Shown piece by piece: positions 13,290-25,472 of a stretch of DNA of 64,000 nucleotides. This DNA is from Spizellomyces punctatus DAOM BR117 (taxonomy: Eukaryota): NCBI GenBank assembly GCA_000182565.2, contig KQ257455.1. One strand, 5' to 3'. The notes under the pieces are model-generated. The model had not been told where the DNA came from. It searched no databases and saw nothing but the letters and a program-made list of their open reading frames with translations. How positions within the stretch are numbered: position 1 is the stretch's first letter; every line of letters starts with the position of its first letter. The position numbers were made by a program, and so were the translations under genes.

Positions 13290-16200
13290 TCACCCCGCTA
13301 ACCAATTTGGATCGGCTTCCAATCTCAGTACATCTGCAGCGGCCCGCTCCTGATCCCGTACAGCCTTGGCTCGCTTCCAGAAAATATCACTGTCACTAAG
13401 TGCACCAAAACCTTAACCGATCAGTATTCAATCACACAAAGCATCCATTTTCACGTTACGTACCTGTTTTCACAAAGAACTGGCCACGCTCTGGATCCCT
13501 GAGCTTGTCGACAGATGGCATGTAAAGCCACATTGCGACGTTGGATATCATTCGAGATTGTAACAAGTCGATGATAAATCGACGGAATCTGTTGTCCAAA
13601 TCATTAGCCATGACACTTTATCTGACTGCATGATGGACGTTGCAATTCTGACCAATGGGACACAGTCATCACAAACGGCCCTATCCACCGGCACTTTTTT
13701 CCTGCATCCGAGACAGGACGCTGTTGTTGGGGTTTGAAAAAACGTAGCAATGCCTATATTTAAATGTTGCAAATCATGTGAGACGCAGACGCAAGCGAGT
13801 AGTTGGCAAAATAGGAAACCAAAAACAAACCCTTGGCAGCTCCTTCCGGCTTTCCAGCACCAACCCTCGTATGGTCTCCCGTGAAGAGGGCAGTAACTTG
13901 TGAAGGGGGAAGTAAAAGCTCAAAGATGCGTGTCAGTTGGTTTTCAATCTAGACAGCCGTGTTTAGTTATAAAACTCAATAGACTAGCAAAAATGGATCA
14001 ATCGATGCTTTTTACCTGATGCCGTACATAATAGAGGTAATCCAATCCCAGACCATTTTGAAGGGCGTACAATGGGTCTTCGCTTTTTTCGTGACCTTTT
14101 GTCCCGCCTGTTGTATACACGAATGGGATGCTAATCCAGAGTTTGGGTGACAAATGAGTTTATGTCGATAGGTAACATATATTCTTTCAGACGGTAGTAC
14201 CGTTCCCCATCTTGGAATGTCCGCCATGGTTGACGTTTGCGGATGCGTTCGACGAGTTCTACGTGAATCTGTTTTGCTGGTATTGAATTGTTGCGTAAGC
14301 CATCTACTTGCAACGCCCAACGATGTCCAACAAGTGATGATACCTTGGTAGTCCTCTGTCTCGGTTCCCAACCACAATCCTTTTGAATAATCCCTTTTCA
14401 ATCAGCACAAAACGTCCCGTAGTGGTAACTACTGAAAAAGTCTCCCACCTTTTGTAGCAATAAACTCCCCAATATCATACTCCCCTTTTAGAATGCGTCC
14501 AATGCACCAACGAACGTATTCAGCTGCAGTTGTAATATGACTTTGTCGTTCCTGATAGAATGGAATCAGTCCCATCCATGCAAGACCACCGCAGTAATCA
14601 TCCCACCAGGTACCTCCTCATTGATACAATCGGTTAAAAGTTCCCTGTTATTTGTTTTTCCACGGGGGAAAAGAATTTCGAGAACGTTTGTCATCAATGT
14701 GCCGAGAAGTGGGATACTGTCGCGACGTTGCGATTCTATACCCTTTTTTATCGATGTCATGATGAGTGATTAGGGGAGTGCATGGTATGCTCTAGGCAAA
14801 CATTGAATATTCACCTTGGCGTCAATCTTGTCTGGTTTGTCCGGGCGCGTCCATTGGAGACCTGCGTACCGTTTGCGATTAATGAGAATATAAGGAAAGT
14901 ACACCTAACCCGGGATAATATTAGCGATCATCCCGAATACACTGAATGTAACCATCCTACCTTTTCAAACTCTAGTTGAATGGGATCAGGCCACAGCTCT
15001 GACATTTTCTTTGCAATTTGTTTTCCATACTCGATTGCGTCTTGAACAGATGTGTCTGACATTTGGACAAACACCGAGTCTTGCAATTGATGTCAGAGCA
15101 CCTTTCTAACTCTTCCTATACCTATACATGGTTTTACCTGTATCTCCATACACAACCTTACAGTCCACTGCAAATCCATTGGCCTTCGTAAAGGTTTTCT
15201 CAATCTCTTTTATGAGATCCCCCAACATGGTTGCGCCGTAGAGGATAGTAGTTTCGGCAATCGGCAGGCATTGTAGTTTGGATTCGCGGGCACCAGTAAA
15301 ACCTTGGTGAGTTTACCAAAAAGGTGAGTACCGACTTATTTCCTTGGTTTCTGTTTTCGAGGTTGGGTTTACCATAAATTGCGTTTGCTGACACTTTTAG
15401 AGCCTGCTGACGACCTACCAGTTTACGTTATTAGCAAATACAAAAAACGCAGAAAAGTTTACGGTTGGATACTACCGTGGAGGACAATCTTCATGGTCGG
15501 ATCAGTGGTCTCTTCCATCCTCTTCTTGACTTTACGACGTTCATCCAGAAAATGTTCGAGAATGGCGGGCACAACCCCTTTTTTTAACTATGGCCGCAAA
15601 CCGCAAAGACGCCGTTATCTATCCACTTTTCATATTTGAACAGCACAACGATGATACCTACATGGCTCTTGACAAACCACGCCTCAATAGGTCCTAACCC
15701 CTTCTCATAATCCGTTTCTTCCAACTGAGACCGGTCGTCAGCCATCAACAATGTGTCGTAGCTCAGATTATGTGCAATAATGATACTAGGATACAATGAT
15801 CGGAAATCCAACACGGCAATGGGGTCTTTTGTATTATATTGTGCGACAGGTGCAATGTTGAGTGGCCCTTCTGTCATTTGGCCTTCATTCCTGTCTGTAC
15901 GGGTCGGAATGACTGTTTTGATTTTTTTACAGTACCGAAAGAGTTGGGACCAGAAGCGGATCATTTGGCCTCTGTGGAAAGTATCCTAAAAAGTTTGAGA
16001 TCAGCAATGACTCTGTCATTTAATAAACAACATAGACAGCTAACAGAAATATTCAAACCAGTCACTCTCGCCATCTCCAGATAACTAATCAACGCCGCTG
16101 ATTTTCGCACAAGTTGCATGCAAAGTCTAACATCTCGATTGAGGTAATCAACCACCCGCCGTCGCGTCTCGGGGGATTCAAGCCAAAGTGCCGTCAACGT

Positions 16201-18057
16201 AGGTGTCGAGAGAACTTCTTTAGAAGTCTGTAATTGGAGTTGAATCGCTTCGGCGAAACTGTGCGTATCAAATTAGTTTTGTACTGGGTATTCCAAGGAG
16301 CAGGTAAACGTTACCTATATGTTCGTAACCGCTCGTCTCGTTCAATAATCTGTCGCATGTCCAACACGATCCGTCCAGTCAATTCCAGGATTTTGAATTC
16401 CCGATTTGACGTCCCAGCCATCCGTCTAACCCAAATCCAAAACAATTTCATCAAAAACACACATAGCTCACAACTAACACATAGTGACACCGTACCTTTG
16501 AGCTCTCACCCATCCCGCCCCATAAATCTGCTTTCGAGACCCCTTTGCCTTCAAATGTGGCAATCGTCCCAGGTACCCCCATTTGGGTACCTTTAACCTC
16601 TCTGCGCGATCCATTAACCCCATGATCTGTTCGCTGACATCGTATCCAGTGACAACGTCCGGATCATATGTATTCAAAAAGGATTGGAATGCCGAGAGCA
16701 TGGCGCGTTCGGTGGGGTACATCAAGACTCGGGTAGTTTGTGAATTGGATGGCGAGCGAATACGTTCTGGTGTCGTCGAATGCGCAAAAATAAGGGTGGT
16801 GTCATTCGAGGATGCGGTTAGGGTATGTGAGGTGGTTGTGAGGCAGGATATGAAGCCTGTTATGCTGTGTGGGGCAATCGGTTGGGAAGGGGTGCTTGGG
16901 GTGTTGGAAGCGTTGCGTTTCTTTGATCTCGTTGCCTGAGGCTTTGGTGAATGATTTTTTGTATTCGAGTCTGGGTATTCGTCTATAAGGTTGGTTGCAA
17001 GCATGCATAGCACCCGTAAGGGAGCTATTTCCCCATGACGGTTGTCGCTCTTGGCGGCAAGTGTGTCGTCGGCCATAGGTTCATGAGCCGTCGCTGGGGC
17101 AAGGTCGGCTGCTCGGCAGATAACCTGTATCTGACACCGACTGGAACGCTGATGTGATTGCTGTACATGTCGGTATTTGTTCCCAGAAATAGCTACCCAT
17201 CCACCTCCGACCTAAAAGTAACCGACGGTCAGTAACTACAACAGCGATGGAGATAGTAGACACATGAGAGGATATTAAATGACGATCGATACACACCATG
17301 CCAGTATCAACCATAACCCTCATCTCCGCCGTCAAATTCCACTCATAAACTGTGACATCATACAATTTGCCTTTCCCAAACCACTCTTTCACACCTTCCA
17401 ATTCATCAGCCCCTTCCAAAATCTTTGCCAGACGACCCACCATGACCGGCTCCTGAACCTGAAGCTTCAAAAAGGAACTATACCGTGCTGGCTCATTGTC
17501 GCGCTGTACAGCATCTCTGTAATACATGAGTGGAACGACATCTTGAATGATTTCCGTTGATGTGATTGTGATTTTGGAGATATGAGGGGCTAAAACGTCC
17601 AGAAATGCTGGTATATCGTCATTTGTAAAATTTGGTGTGATGGGAAAATACAGATAGGGGTAAAAGTCGGTCAAAAAAACACATATAGAGTGACCCGTAG
17701 GTGTGCATCCAAATAGACGAATCAGCGGCGAGGAAGCGCTGGGAATGGGGTTGGCGGAAGGAAACGAGTCTTTGGACGCATCTTCACACTTTATAGTATA
17801 TTGTATCAAGAAATGGAAATCAAATGATTCAAGAAGAAAACATCATATCTAACCTCTAATAGTTGAAATAATATATCCTGACTTTCATCAGGCTCATACG
17901 CTCCTCTTTCAAACTCTGGAAACTCTACAGGTGCATCCCGGTTCCCGTTGAGGGATTCACTCGGACGCTCTTCCACCCGCGTACGCTTGGCGGGCGGTGC
18001 CCCCAATCCAGTCCCGGTACTTGATTTCCTCCGTTTGAAAAAGTTTAGGTTTGACAT
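13290..18057 (-). CDS. Family-B DNA polymerase, divergent Pol delta (POL3)-like paralogue, multi-exon
   Basis: Motif A DFRSLYPS (about 15785-15810), motif [14 protein letters not shown], motif C YGDT|DS split by an intron (about 15075-15150), [39 protein letters not shown], CysA CLGC..CDDC; the N-terminus aligns with the Pol delta NTD ([20 protein letters not shown]). Confidence 0.92.
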
Positions 18058-18179
18058 TTCAAACGTTCAAACGCGGAAGGGAGGATGTGGTATTTTTGGT
18101 CTTCACGGGAGGGGCCCCACTTACACAAAGGAGTTGTTACCTATGCATACATGTATGGAAGCTTATAGATCGCCTTAAT

Positions 18180-19120
18180 AACTCATGTAGAACTCCCAAG
18201 AGCTAATGCTTGAAGACAAGGATGGAAACGACGAGGTTGGGTCATTACCAGCGGACGCGATCTGCTGCGCCTCACGCATGCGGATTATGTAATGGCTGGG
18301 TTTTGTCGCATTCCTGCTTTTTCCATCATCGGGCGTTAACAAACGGCGAGTCACCTATAAGGGGGCGGTGGGGACAAAAGATCTGTGCAGATAGAAAAAC
18401 AAGTTTTTACCTGCGGCGGCGAACTCTTCATTGACGCACTCAACATGTATTTTAGAGATGGCTCCTTCTCCTTTCCTGTCGACGATGGACTTCATCTGCA
18501 GGCGGTATAGTGAGCCAGCAATAATTTGGACAAGTCAGTGAAGAAGAATGTCACAAATCGCAGTGTCAATTTGCTACCAACTGACGGTTTGAGTGAGTTT
18601 GGGATAAAAAGAAAATGGTGGCAGAGATGAAGACGTACCATGAGTGGAAGGGCGTTGGAGCCAAGATCCTGTATCTTTGCATTTGGACTTGCTCGTGTTG
18701 AGGTCAACATTCTAGTTACTCGGACGAGTACAGGTCCAAAGGTCAATCTTTCCGGGAAAGTTTGGAGATGGATCCGCGATTTGGTGCTGTCGACTGTGGG
18801 TGTGAATGACGATGAGCCAGCTATTGACGTTCTGCGTTGAAATACCCTCCGCTTCAGGAGGTCATTCGAGCTCATTGCAAAGGGAGTTGAAGCATCAACA
18901 GGCTAGTGGTAGAGCAAAGACAACGACTGAAACAGCGAGGTGCAAGTATTGCAGCAATGTAGTCCCATACGGTAGCACGGACTGAGGGACGGTTCGAAAA
19001 GCATAGGAAGGACATACATACATTTCCGCAGGATTAGAGTTGAGGGTTCTTTGACCACTTTGTGACAGGATGGTTGCGATGACTCGTATGATCCCTCATA
19101 TATGAATATTTCAGTCAAAG
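18180..19120 (-). pseudogene. Possible decayed multi-exon gene relic
   Basis: Minus-strand GT/AG-bounded exon-like blocks (for example about 18639-18902 and 18410-18530) with in-frame stops; no recognisable family. Confidence 0.3.
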
Positions 19121-19734
19121 TACTAGTTGACTAGATCTTGATTGGATATCAATATGGCGTCTATCTTTTTCAGAGACCGCACTTTCCGAACATGAAAGGA
19201 TCTCCGAAGAGGGGTTTTGGCATTATTGCCAGGTGAAAAACATTGCCGAATTTCATATGCATAGATATGTGTGCGCACCAAGCACCAAGTGCCAACATGC
19301 AAAAAGAACTGGATGTCTGCAACATGGCCAAGTATCGTCAAATACCAACATAGTCAAGACTCGAGCGTGGTACGATGGGAGACATGTAATTGAAGACCTG
19401 CCTTGTGCTGAAGGTTGGCACGACGAGAGAAACGGAACATGACCGACTTGTCCCTCTTAAGAGTACGCCATGCAGAACACTATTCAAGCAGTTCAGCACC
19501 TGGTGTAGGATAGCACATGCCTATAGCAAGGACATCCAAGCATCCTATCCTGCATATGCACATGCATGAACTTGGTTTGTCATCGCCCATTAATATGCGT
19601 GGATGTGTCATCACGTGTCTCATCGCTTTGGAAGTGTGTGTTGGGACCTTTTGCCAGCAGCACTTCCTTTCACTGCCATCCTAATCTTCCATTTCCTTGG
19701 CTGGCCTCCAACGGCGGTTTATCACAACGCACAC

Positions 19735-22700
19735 ATGGCCACACCACACTGCCTTTCCCCCAAAGAGTTGCTCAAACAGGCTGAAATCAAGGAACCACCC
19801 AATAATTACTCGTTCAAAGCATGGATCAACAGCGCCCTCTCTCTATATGACAAGGTAACGTTCTTACTAATTGTACAAAAGGTCTTTCTTAACACTCTTC
19901 GATAGGGAGACTTGGCGGCAAAGACGGGGGAGTTGGAGGCTGCATACGTGCATTTTATGAAGGCAACAACGTTAGTAGCATCTCACTTGAACAAATGTGG
20001 CCCGAACGCCAAGAAACAAAGCAATTCTTGTACTGACTGGCGCGTTGAAATGATACAGCATCGTCATGGACGTTTTGCCAAAGCATAGAGATTACAGGCC
20101 CATTGATATGTCGTTCAGACAAGCAAAATCGGCAAGTTCTTGCACTCTGTTTACGTGAGCACACGAAGCGGACAGCCACTGACTTGGTTCTCTTTGCGTG
20201 TGTAGAAAGTGTCAGAGTACATGGTTCTTATGGAACAACTCAAGCAGCAACTACAGGAACGCCATGATAAGCAGAGACAAGCGCTGTCGTCTTCCCTACC
20301 TACAACCAACTCGCTCGCAACGCCACCACCCTTGTCACAGTCACTACCCAACGGCAACGGGTCCAACGGAAGTGGATCCATTGGAAACGGATCCAGTTCG
20401 CAGCGCTCAGTAGTGCATCCTGATCGATTGCTGGCGTTATTAAAGCAGGGGTCCACATCTGTCCTTATTTTGGATATACGTCCCATGGAAGAGTACATTT
20501 TGGGCCACGTAAAGTGGAAAATGCGGCAAAATGGTATTCAAGGGGGTGTGGTGCATATTGAACCGGATTGGCTTGCATCGGATAGGTAAGTCACACCGTG
20601 GCAACCTTTTAGTGGCGTAAGAACAGTATAATTTATGAATCGTTCCATCTTTAACTTGATGTATATAGCCTTGATGCGGGTGATTTGGAAAGATATTTAA
20701 CGTCCTTTGGCCAAAGCTCGTCCCTTTCCAAAAACCTCTTTGAAGCCCGGCACACTTTTGATTTAATCATTTTTCTGGACCAGTCGAGCACATCCACACT
20801 GGGATCTCAATATCTCAGACGATTGATGGAGGTGGTATGCAATCACGACAAAAAGAAACTAAAGCAGCAGCCGGCGCTGTTGGTGGGAGGTTTCGATGGA
20901 TGGGATCGATTTGTGAAGCAGAGTGCAGAGAATTGGGGGGATTGGGTCGAGATTGGCGAAGGGTGTGGTCGGTTTGTGGTGGATGAGAATCAGGGCGCCA
21001 ATGGAGTTACTGGACAAGTGGCACTAGCGAGAAGTGCTTATGAATATGTGCGTCTGGCTCGTGAATGTTTATCGATACAGTGGGATGGCTAACGCTTGAT
21101 ATTCGCTAGGTGCAATCACGGGCACAGCAAAATGCTTCATCTGGATACTCCCAAAAACCGCTTTCTGCATATCCTTCTGGACAATCACAACAACAGCAAA
21201 AGACACCCCAACCTTCACCACCCTCGTCTCGACGACCATCAGAACCCTTTCAGAACCGCACCAATGTCCAACTGAATTCAGCAACGAGTGCCATGCCGGT
21301 CATTGTACCCGTCACACAATCGTACCACCAGGCACCCCTATCCCAATTCCAACGTTTCAATGATCCATTTTATAATTTCCAACATCACGCGAAGCGAACC
21401 CTTGATCAGAGCGTGTATCCCTCTTCTCTTCAAGCGGTGGGACCCCGCAACGAGTCTCTGGCGGCTTACCCTGCAGTCGGGAAAAACGTCTCTGGTACCC
21501 AATCAAACAACACTTTCAACTATCCCTCCCCCGTTGCGTCTGTACCCACCGCCCTCAGTCCAAGAATACCACCTCCCCTGCCGGTCAAGCCTCGATCCAA
21601 CAAGGATGTGGACCCATCCGCCCCTGCCCCCAACATCCCACCATTGGGCTACCATCAGATCATAAACACTTCCCCCGGTCTCCCCCGCCGTCCCCCACCC
21701 GTTGCCATTGCTCCACCTGCACTTACCATCCGTCGATCCTCGTCCCCATCTGGCTCACCCAGCACAGCACGATTTTATGGCCTTCCACCGGCCCTCCCGC
21801 CTAAACCCCGCCACCAGCTCCAATCGAGCGATACAAACAGTTTACAAGCATTTTCGCGATCGACAGCGAGTGAGCTGTCGTATTCGCAATTGGGCGGTTT
21901 CATGGGCATGGCTGGGCTAAAGAACCTTGGTAATACATGTTTTATGAATTCGGTTATTCAGTGTTTGGGGGGTACTGTACCCCTTGCGCGGTATTTTCTT
22001 GGTAAGTCAAAAGTATGTGCAGGGTATGCCCTCGTGGGTAATGAACACAGCTTTTTTTAGATGGAAGTTATCGCAAGCACATGAATAGACGAAATCCGCT
22101 CGGCACGCGGGGGGAAGTAACGGATGCCTTTGCCGAGTTGGTCAAGACCATGTGGTCTGGACAGGATGGTAATGTCGTGACACCGACTAAATTCAAGGTA
22201 AAAGAACGTTTGGGCAAGTGTCTTTTTTTTCCTATACGATCAGGCGTATTAACACTCCACAGGAAATCATTGGAGCTCACCACCCTTCCTTCCGGGGTAC
22301 CGAGCAACAAGATTCCCAAGAATTTCTTGCATTCCTCCTAGACTCGCTTCATGAGGACCTCAACGTTGCGCGCAAAGGAAACGTCGTACCTGACAAGGAA
22401 CCCGACGAGGACGAGGAGGGCATCCCAGATGCAGTCTTGCTTGATCGCGCATGGAAACGGTACAGAAAACTGAATTGGAGTATTATTGTGGATTTGTTTC
22501 AGGGGATTTTGAGAAATCGGTTGCAGTGCCTCACATGTGGAAAAGTACGTGACAAGAAAGCATTCACTTCGACGTTTTTTCTCAACTTTTTGGTGTTTTT
22601 GTTTCTAGACGTCCACGACATTTAACCCCTTCATGTACCTGACCCTCCCTATCCCCTCCCACAACCAAGCCGGCAAGAAAAACGGACCAGTCTACCTCCA

Positions 22701-23396
22701 AGAATGCCTCGACAAATTCGTTGAAGAAGAAATCCTCGATGGCGATGACGCATGGCGATGTCCCCGATGCAAAGCACCCCGTCGATCTACGAAACGTTTA
22801 ACGATTGCGAGACTCCCCACAGTCCTTTTGGTGCATTTGAAAAGATTTTATTTTTCGGGACCGTTTCGGAATCGGGTGGATACTTATGTTGAGTTTCCTG
22901 TTTCGTATGCATATACACTGTTTATTGTTCTTTTCTTCTATTGTGTTGATTCTTTTTGGGTTGATAGATCGTTGGATTTGACGCGGTACATGACCCAACG
23001 CACGGGATATGCACCCGAGTCTGTTTATGATCTTTACGGCATCTCCGTACGTTTCCAAGAGTTATTTTTCACGCCATTTTCATCCTTTGCACTGATTTAC
23101 GTTTCTTTTTGTATTTTAGAACCATTTTGGTGGCCTTAACGGAGGACATTACACCGCGTCCGTTAAAAACAGCTACAAAAACAAGTGGTTCTCATTTGAT
23201 GATTCGAGATTTTCTGGTGTCGATGAGTCGTCTTTACGGGTAACGTTTCCCGTTTTTGTATTTTAGTGTTTTTGAGTGTTTGTTGATGGTTTTGGGGGTT
23301 TTTTTGTAGACTCCGGCGGCGTATATACTATTTTATGTCATGAATGGCCGGAGGACGACGGATGATTGGTGGAGTGGTGGTGTGGCGAGGATGTAA
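19735..23396 (+). CDS. DOA4: Ubiquitin C-terminal hydrolase of the Doa4/USP8 type (N-terminal MIT-like, rhodanese, USP domain)
   Basis: [19 protein letters not shown], rhodanese [14 protein letters not shown], Cys box [34 protein letters not shown], His box [19 protein letters not shown]. Confidence 0.93.
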
Positions 23397-23825
23397 CGAT
23401 GTGTGTAGATAACTTGCGCGCGAGTGGGGTATTTTCTTGGTCCATTTTTTTTTGTTTTCTAGGGATTGGAGGTCATGTTTATGTGAACAATGTGACGGTG
23501 GTTAATTTTGCAAAAAAACAGACGATTTTTTGTTACATGTGTCTTTTGTCCTTTGGATTGGTTTTGAGTAGCCGTTTTTTGATGGTGTCGATCGAAAGGG
23601 GAGAAGGATGGTTGCATTTTGAGATGTTAAAAGGGTTTGCGTGTGTTTTATGTTTTTGAGAGACTGTTGCGTATGCTGTCATGTTGGTTTTGGACTTGAT
23701 CGACATCCAGGTTTACCTTTTCGAACAAGCAGATTTAGTATATTACCAAAAACCCCACAACGATGAGAATACGGATAGCGTACAAACACTCTAAAGTTCT
23801 ATGAGACTGAATTCCATCAATTATT

Positions 23826-25298
23826 CTACGTATTGAAATACTTGCTCGCATAAGCCGCCATTTTGTTTCTCGACTCAACTAGCCCTCCATCTTGTCTATC
23901 CACAACAACGACATCCAACCCCCCAAAATTACATTTCATCAACCTTTCCAAAGCCGGCAAGAGTTCTTTACCCGGCGCATACGTTCCGGAATTATTATCC
24001 ATAACCACTTGCCAATCCTTTCCTAACGCACTTGGTTCAACAGTGAGATCCCACCCCCCAAGGGGCCTCACATGGAATTCACCCGCAAATCGGACATACT
24101 CGGAACAATTTGAATGTAATGCATGCTTTGATGCAAAATCCACTAAAAAAGCCGCACCGGTTTCTGAGAACCTTAGAGTTTCGTCATCGATAATGTAGGT
24201 GTACATGCATGGTTTGGGGATGGCTGGATGGGGGATGGCGGGTTGTACGGCCCCCGCATTCCAAAATAAAAGTCCCATAAAGTCGTATCCGTTTTGTAGG
24301 ATTCCACCGCCATTGCCTCCTGTCCTCGCATACAACATGCGATGCGCAGCTTGGATCCCACTCTTGACACCAAAACTCATGGGAGAGCTAAAAATGGTTT
24401 GAGCGGCTTTGTAGGCTGTATTCCAATGTTGTTTTTGTGTGGATGAAAAGTAGGTTTCTATATTGGTTAGATGGATTTTCCAGGTTGCGTAGGGTCTTGT
24501 GTCGTTTTGGCGGGTCAGGGCGCCTAGGAGGGGTGAATAGTGGATTGTGTGGCGGACTGGGCCGGCGAATGTGTAAGGGGGGACGGGTGATGCTGGGGTT
24601 GTTGTGATGGACAATGTGATTGTGCCGCGGTGTCGAGTGGAGAGAGTCAGTGGGAGTGTGTGGGTAGTTGGTTCCAGAGGAGTTTGACACTAATGGCAAA
24701 AAGGGTCGGTGAAGGATACAGAGTGTTTGGGTGTTTTTGTTTTTTTCTTTTACCTTTCCGACGATCTCGTCATTGGGGACATGTAAATCCTTATCCCATA
24801 CCGAAATGTATAGAATAGCGTTAGAGGGTACGTTATTGACTTTCCAGGTTTCGTTCCAAGTGGGTGTCAAGGTATTGCTGATACATGTTGAACTAAATAT
24901 AGGCAACATGTCACATTTTTCACCCGTCTTGATGTGTTGCTATTGAGTGAAAAACGTACCAATATGATATACAGTTATCAATCGTGGCTCGAAAGTAGGG
25001 ATCTGCGGTGCCAATGATATCCATCTTTGGTAGATCCTGGTACGATAAAAATAAACAATTACCAACAATGTTTTTTTTTTGCTGGAGTTGAATGAGTTGT
25101 ACGTACCCGTGCCCCAATAAATGTTACAGCGACATCCACACCATCGCTATAGGGTGTTCCCTGCGTCGGGTGCGGGGGAGTCGTGGTCGACTCTGCAGGG
25201 CCGCTCGTGTCGGTGGGTGCATAGGCGGGTGGACGGGGCGGAAGGGCGGGGGGGAGGTCGTCGGAGGGGAGGGAGCTTGTGCGGGGAAAAATGTTCAT
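23826..25298 (-). CDS. C2-domain protein with uncharacterised conserved C-terminal domain
   Basis: C2 motifs DLPKMDIIGTADPYF, STCISNTLTPTWNETW, ISVWDKD..DEIVG; C-terminal RFSETGAAFLVDFASKHALHS..FAGEFH..DNNSGTYAP. Confidence 0.85.
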
Positions 25299-25472
25299 TT
25301 GTTGGATAGAGGGCCGAAACCTCCAAAGATGGGGGAAGGAAATTGGGAAAGAAATGGAGGACGTTGGGATAAGACGATGCCGCGAAAACCTCAACGCGAA
25401 TGCACAGCACGTGTCAAGTGTTCAAAAGCACACCTCCACAAAAAGTCAACTGTTCAAAATTCCGTTCTAAAA

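Noticed and set aside
13290-18057. Viral or Polinton origin for the B-family polymerase
   Set aside because: Many spliceosomal introns, a Pol delta-type CysA/CysB tail and no neighbouring viral genes
19500-19566. Imperfect inverted repeat TAGGATAG...CTATCCTG upstream of DOA4
   Set aside because: Short, imperfect stem; expected by chance
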